DNA from: Spirochaetota bacterium
GTDB taxonomy: Bacteria; Spirochaetota; Spirochaetia; JABEVK01
Assembly: GCA_020049045.1 (NCBI GenBank)
Contig: JAIFLN010000005.1
Span: forward strand, 10,417 to 74,416
Direction of reading: 5' to 3'
DNA length: 64,000 bases
Part shown: piece by piece, positions 19,149 through 30,030 of the stretch
How the letters are laid out: each line of letters begins with the position of its first letter
Position numbering within the stretch: position 1 is the stretch's first letter
Made by a program: the position numbers and the translations under genes
Notes under the pieces: generated by a model
Databases searched by the model: none
The model's input: the letters and a program-made list of their open reading frames with translations, nothing else
Told to the model about the DNA's origin: nothing

Positions 19149-21104
19149 GTGAAAACTTTGACTGACCATTTGACCACTCTCTGTGACTTGGTGGAACGCA
19201 ATGCCCATCAATGGCCTGGCCGTAAATCCCACCGTTGGAAAACCTCCACAGGTTTTGACGAAAGAAGCTGGGCTCAATTTCGTGAAGAAGTCGGGATCCT
19301 GGCACTCGGTCTGGAGGCTGCCGGTGTCGGACACGGTCCTGCGGCTCTGTTTGCAGACAATCGTTTTGACTGGGCAGTCACTGACCAGGCACTGCTTCAT
19401 TTGGGAGCACCCAGCGTTCCAAGAGGTTCCGATACTGCCCCAAAAGAACAGAAATTCTTATTCCTTCACAGTGATGCCCGGTGGCTTTTCGTCGAAGGGA
19501 TTAGGAATCTAGCAGTACTAGCAGAAGAGTTCACCCCTGAAGATCGGTATCCTGAATTCGTCTTTCTATTCGATACTCCGGAAAACCTCGACTCTATCCC
19601 TGAGCGCTGGCGTCCGCTGGTCAAAACCTATGAGCAGGTTCGTCAGAAGGGTCAAGAGCGCTGGCGTTCGGAACCACAGGCGTTGGTCCGATTGCGAGCT
19701 GGTGTCAAGGGATCAGACATCGCATCGGTAATCTACACCAGCGGAACATCGGGAAACCCTAAAGGAGTCATGCTGACCCATGACAACTTTCTTCATAACA
19801 TCCGGGCCATATCACCATTATTGCAGGTCGACCCCGAGGCCGACGAACTGACGGTTTCAGTGCTACCTGTCTGGCATGTCTATGAGAGAAGCTTTGAGTA
19901 TTGTTCCAGCTTCTGTGGCATGACCCTTTTCTACTCGTCTGTTCGTAATCTGGCAGAAGACCTGCTGAGGGAAAAGCCCACCATCGTAGCTTCAGTACCT
20001 CGGGTCTGGGAATCGATCTATGGCAAACTGCAAGACAAAATGTCCAAGGAAAGCGGTGCCAAAAGAGCGATATTCGGACTGTTTGTCGCCGTTGCAAGGA
20101 GCCGGTTTCGTGCTCAGCTGGCGTTAAAAGGATGGAGACCCCGCTTGGAGCCACATCCGTTTGCCTGGGCCGGGATTCCCTTTCACGCCTTGGCTTGGAT
20201 TCTCTTGACTCCCTTCGACAAAGTCGCTCAAAAAGTGTTTGGACCCCTTCGTGCTTTGTTGGGAGGCCGGATGCGGGCCAGTTTTTCTGGTGGGGGGTCT
20301 CTCCCTCCGACAATCGACCTGTTTTTCAATATGATTGGCATCACCCTTGTGAACGCCTACGGTATGACCGAGAGTTCTCCCGGTTCCATTACCCGTAGGC
20401 TCGACCGAAATGTCCCCAATTCCATTGGCATACCGCTTGATGAGGTTGAAGTGCGGATAGTTAAGGAAGATGGAACACTTGCAGGAGTAGGTGAAAAGGG
20501 CATGATTCATGTCCGTGGTCCCAACGTAATGTCTGGTTATTATAAAAACCCAAAAGCAACAGCCGAGGTAGTGGATGCTCAAGGTTGGCTTAACACGGGT
20601 GATCTGGGAGCATTGAGTCACTCGGGGGACTATGTCATCACAGGTCGGGCGAAGAGCACCATCGTTTTGGTTGGCGGCGAGAACGTCGAACCCGAACCCA
20701 TCGAAGAAAAACTGCAGGAATCGGATTTCATCGAACATGCTGTCGTGGTGGGACAAGATAGAAAGAGCCTCAGAGCAATCCTGACGGTCAACGAAGACCA
20801 TTTAAAAAAGTTGGGAGACCGTCTAAAGATCGGTTGGGATGAACTGTGGCATCACGGTGGTGATACGGTCAGGCATACCAAAATTCTGACAGCACTAAGT
20901 GTTGAAATCAAGCGGCTGGTCAATCGGGAAAATGGTTTCAAACCCTTTGAATCCATCACGAAATTTGTGGTCCTCAAGAAAAAGTTCCAGATCGGCGATG
21001 AACTGACTCAAACTATGAAAGTCAAGAGAAACGTCGTGGAACAAAAGTATGGGCAACTGCTCGACGAAGACGAAAAAAAGAAACAAGAGTCCAAGGAACT
21101 CTGA
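19149..21104 (+). CDS. Long-chain fatty-acid--CoA ligase (AMP-binding family)
   Basis: The AMP-binding motif IYTSGTSGNPKGVMLTHDN is present and the length is about 650 aa. The start may be the TTG 7 nt after the AGGAGG at 19158. Confidence 0.75.
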   Translation: MKTLTDHLTTLCDLVERNAHQWPGRKSHRWKTSTGFDERSWAQFREEVGILALGLEAAGVGHGPAALFADNRFDWAVTDQALLHLGAPSVPRGSDTAPKEQKFLFLHSDARWLFVEGIRNLAVLAEEFTPEDRYPEFVFLFDTPENLDSIPERWRPLVKTYEQVRQKGQERWRSEPQALVRLRAGVKGSDIASVIYTSGTSGNPKGVMLTHDNFLHNIRAISPLLQVDPEADELTVSVLPVWHVYERSFEYCSSFCGMTLFYSSVRNLAEDLLREKPTIVASVPRVWESIYGKLQDKMSKESGAKRAIFGLFVAVARSRFRAQLALKGWRPRLEPHPFAWAGIPFHALAWILLTPFDKVAQKVFGPLRALLGGRMRASFSGGGSLPPTIDLFFNMIGITLVNAYGMTESSPGSITRRLDRNVPNSIGIPLDEVEVRIVKEDGTLAGVGEKGMIHVRGPNVMSGYYKNPKATAEVVDAQGWLNTGDLGALSHSGDYVITGRAKSTIVLVGGENVEPEPIEEKLQESDFIEHAVVVGQDRKSLRAILTVNEDHLKKLGDRLKIGWDELWHHGGDTVRHTKILTALSVEIKRLVNRENGFKPFESITKFVVLKKKFQIGDELTQTMKVKRNVVEQKYGQLLDEDEKKKQESKEL

Positions 21105-21116
21105 AGGAACGGCCCT

Positions 21117-21485
21117 TCACTTCAGGGTGAAGGGCTTGGTCTTTTTCAACAAGGCCGCAAAAGTGCCTTGCGGCAATGCATTGGTGGCAACAATCAGCTG
21201 TCCCTGATAGTAATAGCGCAGGTAGGGAATTTCCCGGTTGTCAAACGTGTCTTCTTTAAACTCCATGATTCGTTGAAAAAGTGGGTGCCGGTTGTAAGTC
21301 AACAGGAAAATGGCAGCCTGATCCGTAAACTGCGGCAAAAACGAATCCATGGCGTGCCAATCGGGACACCAGTCCTGGGTAAGTACAACAACGACTTTCT
21401 CAGCGGCATTTCTGACCTCAGAAGGGAATTCCCCTTCCAGCATTGCAGTTCTTAGGGAGTCTTCGTTTAATGTTCGATAGGCCAT
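21117..21485 (-). CDS. Thioredoxin-fold hypothetical protein
   Basis: 122 aa with a single-Cys motif LTQDWCPDW, suggesting a thioredoxin-like fold. No definite family. Confidence 0.4.
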   Translation of the reverse strand: MAYRTLNEDSLRTAMLEGEFPSEVRNAAEKVVVVLTQDWCPDWHAMDSFLPQFTDQAAIFLLTYNRHPLFQRIMEFKEDTFDNREIPYLRYYYQGQLIVATNALPQGTFAALLKKTKPFTLK

Positions 21486-21592
21486 AGCGGCTCCTTCTAA
21501 CCCAACAAGATATCGAAGATCTCAACGCAAGCCCAGGGTTTCTCTCTGTCCCCCCTTCCTTTTTTCCTCTCTTTTTCACTATAATCCAAGAT

Positions 21593-22630
21593 ATGAAGCC
21601 CCAAGTCAGTCTGCTGAAACCTGAAGATGCCACAGGAGCACCGCTTTATCTCCTCCGTCGGGGGTCGATGGAGGTGGTACTCTCCGGTTATGGTGCTGCC
21701 ATTCGCTCAATCCGAATTCCCGATGCCAAAGGCGTGGTCGACGAGGTCACACAGGGTTGGGACGACGAAGAATCCTGGAGAGTGAATCCACCATTCTTTG
21801 GTGTCTGTGTAGGACGTTTCGCCAATAGAATCGCTGATTCTCGTTTCAGTCTCGAGGGCAAAGTTTATGAACTTGCGGCCAACGACGGCCCCAATCATCT
21901 TCATGGAGGCCAGCTGGGTTTCCATCAGCAAGTTTGGGCTTCAGCACCCTTTGAGTCGGAACTGGATGCCGGTGTTGAATTCCGGTTGATTAGTCCTGAT
22001 GGCCAAGACGGGTATCCGGGCAGGTTGGAGGTGAAAGCCAGGATCAGTTTGACTGACCGTTACGTGATCAAGACTGTTTTTGAAGCTGTCACTGACAAAC
22101 TGACACCTATCAACCTCACCAATCACACCTACTTCAACCTCGGTGGACCCAAACATGAATCGATTCTCGATCATGTTTTCTGGTCCGCTGCCGCTGAATG
22201 GCTTCCCGTCGGACCCTCTCTCATTCCAACAGGAGCCGTCCAATCGGTAGCCGATACCCCGTTTGATTTCCGTGTACCCAAACTGCTGGGAAGAGACTAT
22301 GCCCGTGTGCAAGGTGGCTACGATCACTGTTTTGTGCTTGATGTGAAAAACCGGCCCCTTTCATCAGTTCGTGAAGCCGCCAGAGCCACCCTCCCTGCCA
22401 AGGGACGAACACTTAAGCTCTATACTGACCAAAGTGGGTTTCAACTTTATACGGGCAATTTCTTGGGTGGGGTGATAGGAAGAGAGGGTAAGATTCTTAA
22501 ACCGACTGCAGCATTCTGTCTGGAAAGCCAACGGTTCCCCGATTCTATCTCCCGGCCGGAATGGGTTGCTTCCATACTGAAGCCTGGAGAAACCTACAGG
22601 CATGAGTTCCATTACGCCTTTGAGTTCTAA
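21593..22630 (+). CDS. galM: Aldose 1-epimerase (galactose mutarotase)
   Basis: GYGAAIRSI and GPNHLHGG are mutarotase signatures. The length is about 345 aa. Confidence 0.75.
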   Translation: MKPQVSLLKPEDATGAPLYLLRRGSMEVVLSGYGAAIRSIRIPDAKGVVDEVTQGWDDEESWRVNPPFFGVCVGRFANRIADSRFSLEGKVYELAANDGPNHLHGGQLGFHQQVWASAPFESELDAGVEFRLISPDGQDGYPGRLEVKARISLTDRYVIKTVFEAVTDKLTPINLTNHTYFNLGGPKHESILDHVFWSAAAEWLPVGPSLIPTGAVQSVADTPFDFRVPKLLGRDYARVQGGYDHCFVLDVKNRPLSSVREAARATLPAKGRTLKLYTDQSGFQLYTGNFLGGVIGREGKILKPTAAFCLESQRFPDSISRPEWVASILKPGETYRHEFHYAFEF

Positions 22631-22698
22631 AGCTCTCATTCGTTCTCATTGACAGCAGAAATTTGAGGGGTTAGGCTTCTTAACAAGAGGTACACCCT

Positions 22699-24777
22699 AT
22701 GCTGACCGATATCCGCCGCCTCCGGAACGTCGCCATCGTTGGACACACCGGAACAGGCAAGACCACTTTGCTCGAACAACTGCTTTTCCACGGAAAGGTC
22801 ATTCCCAAGGCGGAGAAGGTCGAAACAGGTCGAACTGTTAGTGACCATACCGACGAAGAAGTTCGACGCGGAATCTCCATTCACACCACCCTAAGCCACA
22901 TAGCCTGGCAGGAAGCCAAAATCAACCTTTTTGATACCCCAGGCTCTGCCGATTTCTCAGGCGAGGTCATTGCTGCGTTCCGTGCCAGTGAAGCGGCTTT
23001 ACTGGTGGTCGGTGCCCGTTCAGGGGTTCAGATTGAAACTTTGAAGCTGTGGCGTTTCCTGGGTGACCACAATATGCCACGGATGGTGTTCATCAACAAA
23101 GTCGACAAAGCTTCCAGCGACTTCTGGCAGACCCTGGACGACCTCAAAGACAAATTTCCCATGCCCTTCCTGCCTGTTACCATTCCCTTAGGGCACGATA
23201 TGGACCACCGGGGTGTTATCAGTCTCCTCGACATGAAAGCTTATCGTTTCTCGACTTCTGGAAATCCAGAAGTTGCCTCGGAAATCCCGTCTGAATTTTT
23301 GGCTGAAGCAAAAAAAGCCCGTATCGCCTTGATCGAGGAAGCTGCCGAGGCGGATGAAGAATTGCTGGAGAAATTTGCCAGTGAAGATACCCTTGATACA
23401 GAGGATATCAAGAAAGGCTTGCGTGTCGGTTTGGAGAAGAACCAGTTTGTGCCGGTTTTTTGCGGCTCAGCCTTGGTTGGTTCAGGACTGGTACCTTTTC
23501 TGGACTTTGTCGCCTGGGACGCCCCTACTCCCTTCAAAATCACCGAACCTTGTGTCAGCGGAGAAAAAGAACGGATTATCAGTCATGAAGGTCGATTTTC
23601 TGGTCTGGTCTTCAAGACAACCATTGATCAATTTGCCGGCCGCTTGAACTACATAAAAGTAGTGACAGGCAAACTTGTTCACAACACCGAATCGTATGTT
23701 CCTCGGTTGGGAAAGAGTATCAAGCTCGGAAAGCTGTATCTTTCTGTTGGAAAGAAACTGGTTGAAACTGATGAATTGGATGCAGGTGACGTTGGTATCA
23801 TTGCCAAATCCGACGACTTGAAGACCAACGACACCCTCTGTCCTGCCGACGATATCATCCATTATTTGCCCTTGGAGGTTCCAAGGCCCGTGTATTCTAC
23901 CACCATTGCCGCCAAGGTTCAGAAGGACGAGGACAAACTCAGCCAGATCCTCACCAAGGAAGCCGAGCAAGATCCGACGTTTGCCGTGAGCTATCAGCAT
24001 GATACAAAGGAAACCATCCTGTCTGCATTGGGTGAATTGCAGCTATCCATTCTTCTCGACAAGCTCAGAGATGCGAAAATTGACTTCTTAACAAAACCAC
24101 CGAGAATCAGCTACCGGGAAACCATCACGAAACCAGGAGAAGCTGAGTACACTCACAAAAAGCAAACTGGCGGCCATGGCCAGTATGCAAAAGTCCTGAT
24201 GGACTTCCGTCCGCTCGTACGGGGTGAAGGCTTCCAATTTGGAAGTACGCTCAAGGGACAGGGTGTGTCCAAAGGGTATTTCATTGCCATTGAAAAGGGC
24301 GTCCACGAAGCAATGCAGGAAGGCTTTCTTGCAGGCTATCCGATGGTTGATATTGCGGCGAACATACAGGATGGAAAGGAACACCCTGTCGATAGTTCCG
24401 AGCTAGCATTTAAGCTGGCGGCGCGGGGTGCCTTCAGGGAAGCTATGGCCCAAGCTCATCCGATTTTGCTGGAACCGATTATGAATCTTTCAGTCTACAT
24501 TGAGGAAAAGTACCTGGGTGATATACTAGCTGACCTGTCGAGTCGAAGAGGTAAGGTTCTTGGACAGGAGAGTTATGGTAAAGACATTGTTGTGGTCAAA
24601 GCTCAAGCACCCCAGTCAGAAATTCAACAGTACGCCTTGCAACTGAAAGCCCTGACCAGCAGCACCGGTGCTTTTGAGGCAGACTTCGATCATTACAGTC
24701 CCTTGGGCTCCAAGGAGACAGATCTTCTTATGAAAGAGTATCAAGCTCATAGAAAAGCCGGTGATCACGAGACCTGA
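22699..24777 (+). CDS. Elongation factor G paralogue (EF-G2-type translational GTPase)
   Basis: G1 motif AIVGHTGTGKTTL and the DTPG motif. It is 692 aa with full EF-G domain order. Confidence 0.75.
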   Translation: MLTDIRRLRNVAIVGHTGTGKTTLLEQLLFHGKVIPKAEKVETGRTVSDHTDEEVRRGISIHTTLSHIAWQEAKINLFDTPGSADFSGEVIAAFRASEAALLVVGARSGVQIETLKLWRFLGDHNMPRMVFINKVDKASSDFWQTLDDLKDKFPMPFLPVTIPLGHDMDHRGVISLLDMKAYRFSTSGNPEVASEIPSEFLAEAKKARIALIEEAAEADEELLEKFASEDTLDTEDIKKGLRVGLEKNQFVPVFCGSALVGSGLVPFLDFVAWDAPTPFKITEPCVSGEKERIISHEGRFSGLVFKTTIDQFAGRLNYIKVVTGKLVHNTESYVPRLGKSIKLGKLYLSVGKKLVETDELDAGDVGIIAKSDDLKTNDTLCPADDIIHYLPLEVPRPVYSTTIAAKVQKDEDKLSQILTKEAEQDPTFAVSYQHDTKETILSALGELQLSILLDKLRDAKIDFLTKPPRISYRETITKPGEAEYTHKKQTGGHGQYAKVLMDFRPLVRGEGFQFGSTLKGQGVSKGYFIAIEKGVHEAMQEGFLAGYPMVDIAANIQDGKEHPVDSSELAFKLAARGAFREAMAQAHPILLEPIMNLSVYIEEKYLGDILADLSSRRGKVLGQESYGKDIVVVKAQAPQSEIQQYALQLKALTSSTGAFEADFDHYSPLGSKETDLLMKEYQAHRKAGDHET

Positions 24778-24791
24778 ACCGGAACACAGGC

Positions 24792-24824
24792 AAAAAAAAA
24801 CCGGTCCTTTGGGACCGGTTTTTT
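24792..24824. terminator. Bidirectional rho-independent terminator
   Basis: A9 run, CCGGTCC / GGACCGG hairpin, then T6 run, lying between the convergent EF-G gene and the small protein gene. Confidence 0.75.
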
Positions 24825-24847
24825 CTAAGAAACTTTCTTCTGAAAGC

Positions 24848-25024
24848 TTAGTCCATCAGTTCGGAAGGACGGCGGGCGGTGTTGCCAGACTTTTCACAGA
24901 TGGCGACATGCCGCATCTTTCCGTTTTCAAAAACAGACTTCATGCGGATCTTTCCGCCCCACTTGCTCAAAAGTTCCTGGGCCCCTTCACGACGGGCGTT
25001 CTTCGAAATCGCTTTCTTGGCCAT
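24848..25024 (-). CDS. Small basic hypothetical protein (58 aa), absent from the ORF track
   Basis: Reverse-strand ORF MAKKAISKNARREGAQELLSKWGGKIRMKSVFENGKMRHVAICEKSGNTARRPSELMD, with a GGAGG ribosome-binding site 7 nt upstream of the ATG. It ends at the bidirectional terminator. Confidence 0.55.
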   Translation of the reverse strand: MAKKAISKNARREGAQELLSKWGGKIRMKSVFENGKMRHVAICEKSGNTARRPSELMD

Positions 25025-25092
25025 CTAATGCCTCCGGTCAAATTCTCAAAAGAAATTAACCGATTCAGGTTGTTTTGTCAAGGAACCTTACC

Positions 25093-25734
25093 TTAGGCAA
25101 CACCCTGGGGCCAAGCATGATGGGGGTCTCTGAGCGTTTCCAACGTAAAAGGCAGCATTGGCAACATTTCTTCCGCAGTTAACTGCCGATCTGCCGCATT
25201 GACCGATTCTCCCCTCAATTTTCTAGCTCTTGCTAAAAATGATACAGGAATCTCGGCTTCTGTTGAGAAGGGCTCACTGATCCCACGAACAATCGTAGAC
25301 AACGGTGCACCATCAAAACCATCTCGAAAGGCAATCCATCCCGGAGTATCCCAGTGCTTATAGAGTCCCCAGGGGAGGGAAACAGAACCACAACCGAGTA
25401 TCATATCTTGAGAGGTCCAGGCTTCCCACAGGTCAAAAATCTCTTCCCAGGAAAGGGGCTGGCGAGCCCAATCCAAAAAAACAACAGAAGCACCTTCGGG
25501 AAAGTCCTGAATAACCTCGGGAACAAGCTCTAGCAAACGGGCATCATCTGAACCTAGAAAAGCTCGGGGAATCTGATTCCCCTGGATCACCCTTCCCTCG
25601 TCATCAACGAAGGCTCCGTAAGGGGGATCTGGATCCCAGTCGGATTCGGGAGTTTCAGTCCACTGGGATACAACCAGTTTGAAAGGCTCTAGAACCTCAA
25701 GAGGAATCGTCGCAAGTAGGGAATGCACACCCAT
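25093..25734 (-). CDS. Hypothetical protein (213 aa)
   Basis: ORF in the same orientation as, and downstream of, guaA. No recognisable motifs. Confidence 0.4.
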   Translation of the reverse strand: MGVHSLLATIPLEVLEPFKLVVSQWTETPESDWDPDPPYGAFVDDEGRVIQGNQIPRAFLGSDDARLLELVPEVIQDFPEGASVVFLDWARQPLSWEEIFDLWEAWTSQDMILGCGSVSLPWGLYKHWDTPGWIAFRDGFDGAPLSTIVRGISEPFSTEAEIPVSFLARARKLRGESVNAADRQLTAEEMLPMLPFTLETLRDPHHAWPQGVA

Positions 25735-25799
25735 GAAAGAACCTCCGTTCCTGACAATTTTCGGCAGAATCGGAGATAATCTGAGAGTTTACCCTATTT

Positions 25800-27344
25800 T
25801 CACTCCCATTCAATGGTCGAGGGAGGTTTGGAGCTGATATCGTACGTTACCCTTCCAACGGCTCGGACCTGATTTGTAATCAAACTGCTGATCTCAAGGA
25901 GATCCTTCATCGGAAAAGGATAAACATCTGCACTCATGCCGTCTTTTGAGACTACAGCGCGCAGAGCTAGGACAAAACCATAGTCCCTGGCATCCCCCGT
26001 GACACCAACAGATCGAACAGGTAGCAATACACTAAAGGCCTGCCAGATTTCTCGGTAAAGTCCCCGTTTTTTCAGCTCATTGATATAGATCCAGTCGGCA
26101 TCTCGCAAAATATCACATTTTTCCCTGGTGACTTCCCCCAAAATACGGATGCCAAGACCTGGCCCTGGGAACGGATGGCGCCAAACCACGGCTTCTCCCA
26201 CTCCCAGCTTTTCACCGAGAGCCCGAACTTCGTCTTTATATAGCATTTCCAGAGGTTCCACGATCAACCCTGCTGCGCGCTTAGCCTCGACCAGGGGAGT
26301 CCCAACATTGTGATGACTCTTGATCACCTGGGCTTTTTTTCCAACCCCTTTGCCGCTCTCAATCAAGTCTGTATAGAGGGTTCCCTGGGCGAGAAAATAG
26401 TCGTTGAGTTGTAGCTTGGAAACCTCTTCTTCTTGAACCCTAATGAAAGTGTCACCAATTGCTTTTCGCTTGGCTTCGGGGTCTGATAGCCCCTCCAACG
26501 CTGAAAGAAATCGCTTTTCGGCTTGGATGAGGTGAAGGTGCTTTGCACCGAGCTGACGAAGGATTCCGGCCACCTCTTCACTTTCGTACTTACGCATCAA
26601 ACCGGTGTCGATGTACATGAGATGAACCTGAGCCGGATCCAGGATTTTGAGAAGCATAGCTCCGGCAACAGTCGAGTCAACTCCCCCAGAAATTAAAAGA
26701 AGGACATCCTTCTTTCCTACCCTTTCTCGGATCTTATGGCTCTCCAGCTCGAGAACCTTGTCAAGTGTCCAATCCTGCGCTGCATTGCAGATGCGACCAA
26801 AGTTGGCAAGAATCTGAGTACCAAACTCATTGTGGCTGGTTTCAGGATGGAACTGAATACCCCAAATCCGCTTTTCCGGATTCCAGGCGGCGGCAGGATG
26901 GTTGTCGCTGACGGCGGTGATTTCAAAACCAGGTGCCAAGGCGGCAATGCTGTCACCGTGGCTCATCCAGGAGTTGAACCCTGAAGGAACACCGTCAAAA
27001 AGTGGATTTCCTGTTTGGAGGGTTAGCGGCACACGACCGTACTCTTTGACTGAAAGGCTTTCGACCCGCCCTCCGCAGAGGTGTGTCATCAATTGAAAGC
27101 CATAACAAATCCCCAGTATCGGAATACCCAAAGTGAAGAGTTGGAGATCGACATGGGGAGCTCCGTCCTCGTACACAGAATAGGGCGATCCGGAGAGGAT
27201 GATTCCTTTTACATTTTTCAGCCTAGCGGAATTGAGAGGAGCATCATGGGGAGCAATTTCACTGAAAATTCCCACTTCTCTCAAACGTCTGCCGATCAGT
27301 TGACAGGTTTGTCCCCCAAAATCCAGGATCAGGATCGTATCCAC
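25800..27344 (-). CDS. guaA: GMP synthase (glutamine-hydrolysing)
   Basis: N-terminal GATase (ILILDFGGQ...), an ATP-pyrophosphatase SGGVDS motif and the C-terminus ...PPSTIEWE. Confidence 0.9.
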   Translation of the reverse strand: MDTILILDFGGQTCQLIGRRLREVGIFSEIAPHDAPLNSARLKNVKGIILSGSPYSVYEDGAPHVDLQLFTLGIPILGICYGFQLMTHLCGGRVESLSVKEYGRVPLTLQTGNPLFDGVPSGFNSWMSHGDSIAALAPGFEITAVSDNHPAAAWNPEKRIWGIQFHPETSHNEFGTQILANFGRICNAAQDWTLDKVLELESHKIRERVGKKDVLLLISGGVDSTVAGAMLLKILDPAQVHLMYIDTGLMRKYESEEVAGILRQLGAKHLHLIQAEKRFLSALEGLSDPEAKRKAIGDTFIRVQEEEVSKLQLNDYFLAQGTLYTDLIESGKGVGKKAQVIKSHHNVGTPLVEAKRAAGLIVEPLEMLYKDEVRALGEKLGVGEAVVWRHPFPGPGLGIRILGEVTREKCDILRDADWIYINELKKRGLYREIWQAFSVLLPVRSVGVTGDARDYGFVLALRAVVSKDGMSADVYPFPMKDLLEISSLITNQVRAVGRVTYDISSKPPSTIEWE

Positions 27345-28588
27345 GGGTCCGTCCTTTGAAAAGTCTGGGCTTTATCAGGACCAACAGAAACTACAGCTAT
27401 GGGAGTCTCAACGAAAGATTCGATGAATTTGAGATAGTCCTTAGCGTTTTTCGGCAAGTCCTCAAACTTCCGTAGAATGGACAAATCTGTTTTCCAACCC
27501 GGGAATTCCTGAATCACCGGCTCTGCTGTTTCGAGATCTTCAATGGTGGTTGGAAAGTCGATGGTGATTTTGCCGTTCAAGCGGTAACCAGTGCAGACTT
27601 TGATGGTGTCAAAGCTGTCGTAAATATCCATCTTGGTGATCACCAAGCCATCAAGGCTATTAGTCCAGCAAGCGTATCTGAGGGCAACAAGATCGAGAAA
27701 CCCTGTTCGTCGGGCGCGTCCGGTAGTGGTTCCAAATTCCTTGCCGATACGCCGAATTTCTTCCCCCAGGTTGCCATCCCGATCCGATCGGAACTCCGTT
27801 GGAAAAGGTCCGTTTCCAACTCTGGTGGTATACGCTTTGAAGACGCCGAACACCTTGTCTATTGCCCGAGGTCCGATACCTCCACCCAAAGCGGCCCCAC
27901 CTGCGGCCGAATAGCCAGAACTGACAAAGGGATAGGTTCCCCAATCAAGATCGAGAAGGACTCCCTGAGCCCCTTCGAACAAGGTATGCTTTCCTTTGTT
28001 TTTCCTCATAAAAGCTGCCTGGTCAACCACCAAGGGGCGCAGCCGCTCACGGTAAGGCTCAAGAAAAACCTTTTCTGCGGGCCGTAAATGATTCCAAGTC
28101 TGTTCACTAAACAAATCTCCGACACGGACACCATCACGGTGAGCCTTGAGAGCGTAGGTGACGCCAATTCCGCGGCCTGTGGTTCCAATGGGAATCCGGC
28201 GCTGGGATTCCATCTGTTGGTCGAGTTCTTTGTAGGTGGATAGAACCAGGTGGGCTCTATCACTGACAAAGACCCGTCCTACCCAATTCACACCAGCTTC
28301 AGAAAGGCCGTCCAATTCCGTGAAAAGGGCTGCCGGATCAACCACCATACCGGCACCGAGAATAGAAACCTTTCCAGGACTGACGACACCAGAAGGGACA
28401 AGGTGGAGTTTGTAAACTTGATCCCCGTGGATAATTGTGTGGCCGGCATTGGCACCGCCAGAGTAACGGATTACCATTTCAGCACTTTCCGAAAGGAAAT
28501 CGACGATCTTGCCTTTTCCTTCATCACCCCACTGGGCTCCGACTACGACTATGTTCAAGAGATGCTCCTTCCGTTTCCCAACACTCAC
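27329..28588 (-). CDS. purA: Adenylosuccinate synthetase
   Basis: P-loop VVVGAQWGDEGKGKIVD, 419 aa. Confidence 0.9.
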   Translation of the reverse strand: MSVGKRKEHLLNIVVVGAQWGDEGKGKIVDFLSESAEMVIRYSGGANAGHTIIHGDQVYKLHLVPSGVVSPGKVSILGAGMVVDPAALFTELDGLSEAGVNWVGRVFVSDRAHLVLSTYKELDQQMESQRRIPIGTTGRGIGVTYALKAHRDGVRVGDLFSEQTWNHLRPAEKVFLEPYRERLRPLVVDQAAFMRKNKGKHTLFEGAQGVLLDLDWGTYPFVSSGYSAAGGAALGGGIGPRAIDKVFGVFKAYTTRVGNGPFPTEFRSDRDGNLGEEIRRIGKEFGTTTGRARRTGFLDLVALRYACWTNSLDGLVITKMDIYDSFDTIKVCTGYRLNGKITIDFPTTIEDLETAEPVIQEFPGWKTDLSILRKFEDLPKNAKDYLKFIESFVETPIAVVSVGPDKAQTFQRTDPWIRS

Positions 28589-30030
28589 GAACGGGAGTAG
28601 TTGGGGGATTCCTGGGTGATATGGACGTCGTGGGCGTGGCTTTCACGTAAGCCGGCAGAGCTGATCTTAACAAATTTGCGGTAGGCCCGCAATTCATCGA
28701 GATTTTTACATCCGGTATACCCCATCCCTTTCTTCAAACCTGTGACCAACTGATGGACGAAAGGTTTCAGCTCACCTTTGAAGGCTACTCGTCCCTCGAT
28801 TCCCTCAGGCACCGGGTCTGTCTTTTTGTCCATCGCATAACGGTCACCAGATCCTTCCTTAATGGCTCCCAATGAACCCATTCCCCGGTACTCTTTGAAA
28901 ATTCGACCTTCGTAGATGATTTCCTTTCCGGGTGCCTCTTTCAAGCCTGCAAACAGGTTTCCGAGCATGACAGCCGAGGCTCCGGCACCGATCGCTTTCA
29001 CAATATCACCGGAGAACTTGATACCACCGTCTGCAATGATGGGTATGCCAGCTTTTGCAGCTTCTTGAGCGCAATCCCAAACCGCGGTGAACTGAGCCAC
29101 CCCGATTCCCGCCACAATACGGGTTGTACAGATTGAACCCGGACCCACGCCAACCTTGACGGCATCAGCGCCAGCGTCAACCAGACGTTTGGTACCCTCT
29201 GCAGTAGCGACATTACCGCCAATAACCTGAAGCTCTGGATACGCTGCCTTCATCGCCTTCACAGCACTGATAACATTGGCGCTGTCGCCATGAGCCGTGT
29301 CCAGAACAACAAAGTCAACTTTCGACTGAAGCAGCAATGGCACACGCTTCTCCCAGTCTTGAGGACTCACGGCAGCACCAACAATCAACCTGCCAGAGTC
29401 GTCTACCGAAGCATTAGGAAACGCCTGATGCTTTTCCATATCTTTTACAGTGACAAGGCCAATCAACCGGCCTTCCTTGTCAACAACAGGAAGTTTCTCG
29501 ATTTTGTACTTATTGAATTTCTCTTCGGCAGTAGCTAAAGAAACAGTACCAACTTCAACCACGGGGTTCTTGGTCATCACGTCTTCCACCAGCTGACTGT
29601 AGTCGCTGCAGAACCGTAAATCTCGGCCGGTAATGATGCCAACAAGCTTCTTGTCATGATCAACAACAGGAAGGCCCGAGACTCCATACTGCACCATCAG
29701 TTTCTGCACAGCATCGACAGTCTCACCTTTGCGAACCACCACAGGGTTCTCAATCACCCAGTTCAGATAGCGCTTGACCCTGCCCACGTGTTCAGCCTGA
29801 ACTTGGGGACTCAGGTTTCGGTGAATGACGGCAGCTCCCCCTTCAAGGGCCAGGGCAATGGCAAGCCGATCTTCCGAAACCGTATCCATGGCAGCGGATA
29901 GAATCGGAATGTTCAAGCTGATCTTTTTAGTCAGACGGGTTTTCACCTTGGCAGCACCCGGGAGAAAATCGGCATAACCCGGAACCAGCAAAACATCATC
30001 GTAACTAAGGGTTTCCTCAAATGTGATCAC
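28585..30030 (-). CDS. guaB: IMP dehydrogenase
   Basis: [19 protein letters not shown], a CBS pair and the catalytic-loop region. 481 aa. Confidence 0.9.
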   Translation of the reverse strand: MITFEETLSYDDVLLVPGYADFLPGAAKVKTRLTKKISLNIPILSAAMDTVSEDRLAIALALEGGAAVIHRNLSPQVQAEHVGRVKRYLNWVIENPVVVRKGETVDAVQKLMVQYGVSGLPVVDHDKKLVGIITGRDLRFCSDYSQLVEDVMTKNPVVEVGTVSLATAEEKFNKYKIEKLPVVDKEGRLIGLVTVKDMEKHQAFPNASVDDSGRLIVGAAVSPQDWEKRVPLLLQSKVDFVVLDTAHGDSANVISAVKAMKAAYPELQVIGGNVATAEGTKRLVDAGADAVKVGVGPGSICTTRIVAGIGVAQFTAVWDCAQEAAKAGIPIIADGGIKFSGDIVKAIGAGASAVMLGNLFAGLKEAPGKEIIYEGRIFKEYRGMGSLGAIKEGSGDRYAMDKKTDPVPEGIEGRVAFKGELKPFVHQLVTGLKKGMGYTGCKNLDELRAYRKFVKISSAGLRESHAHDVHITQESPNYSRS

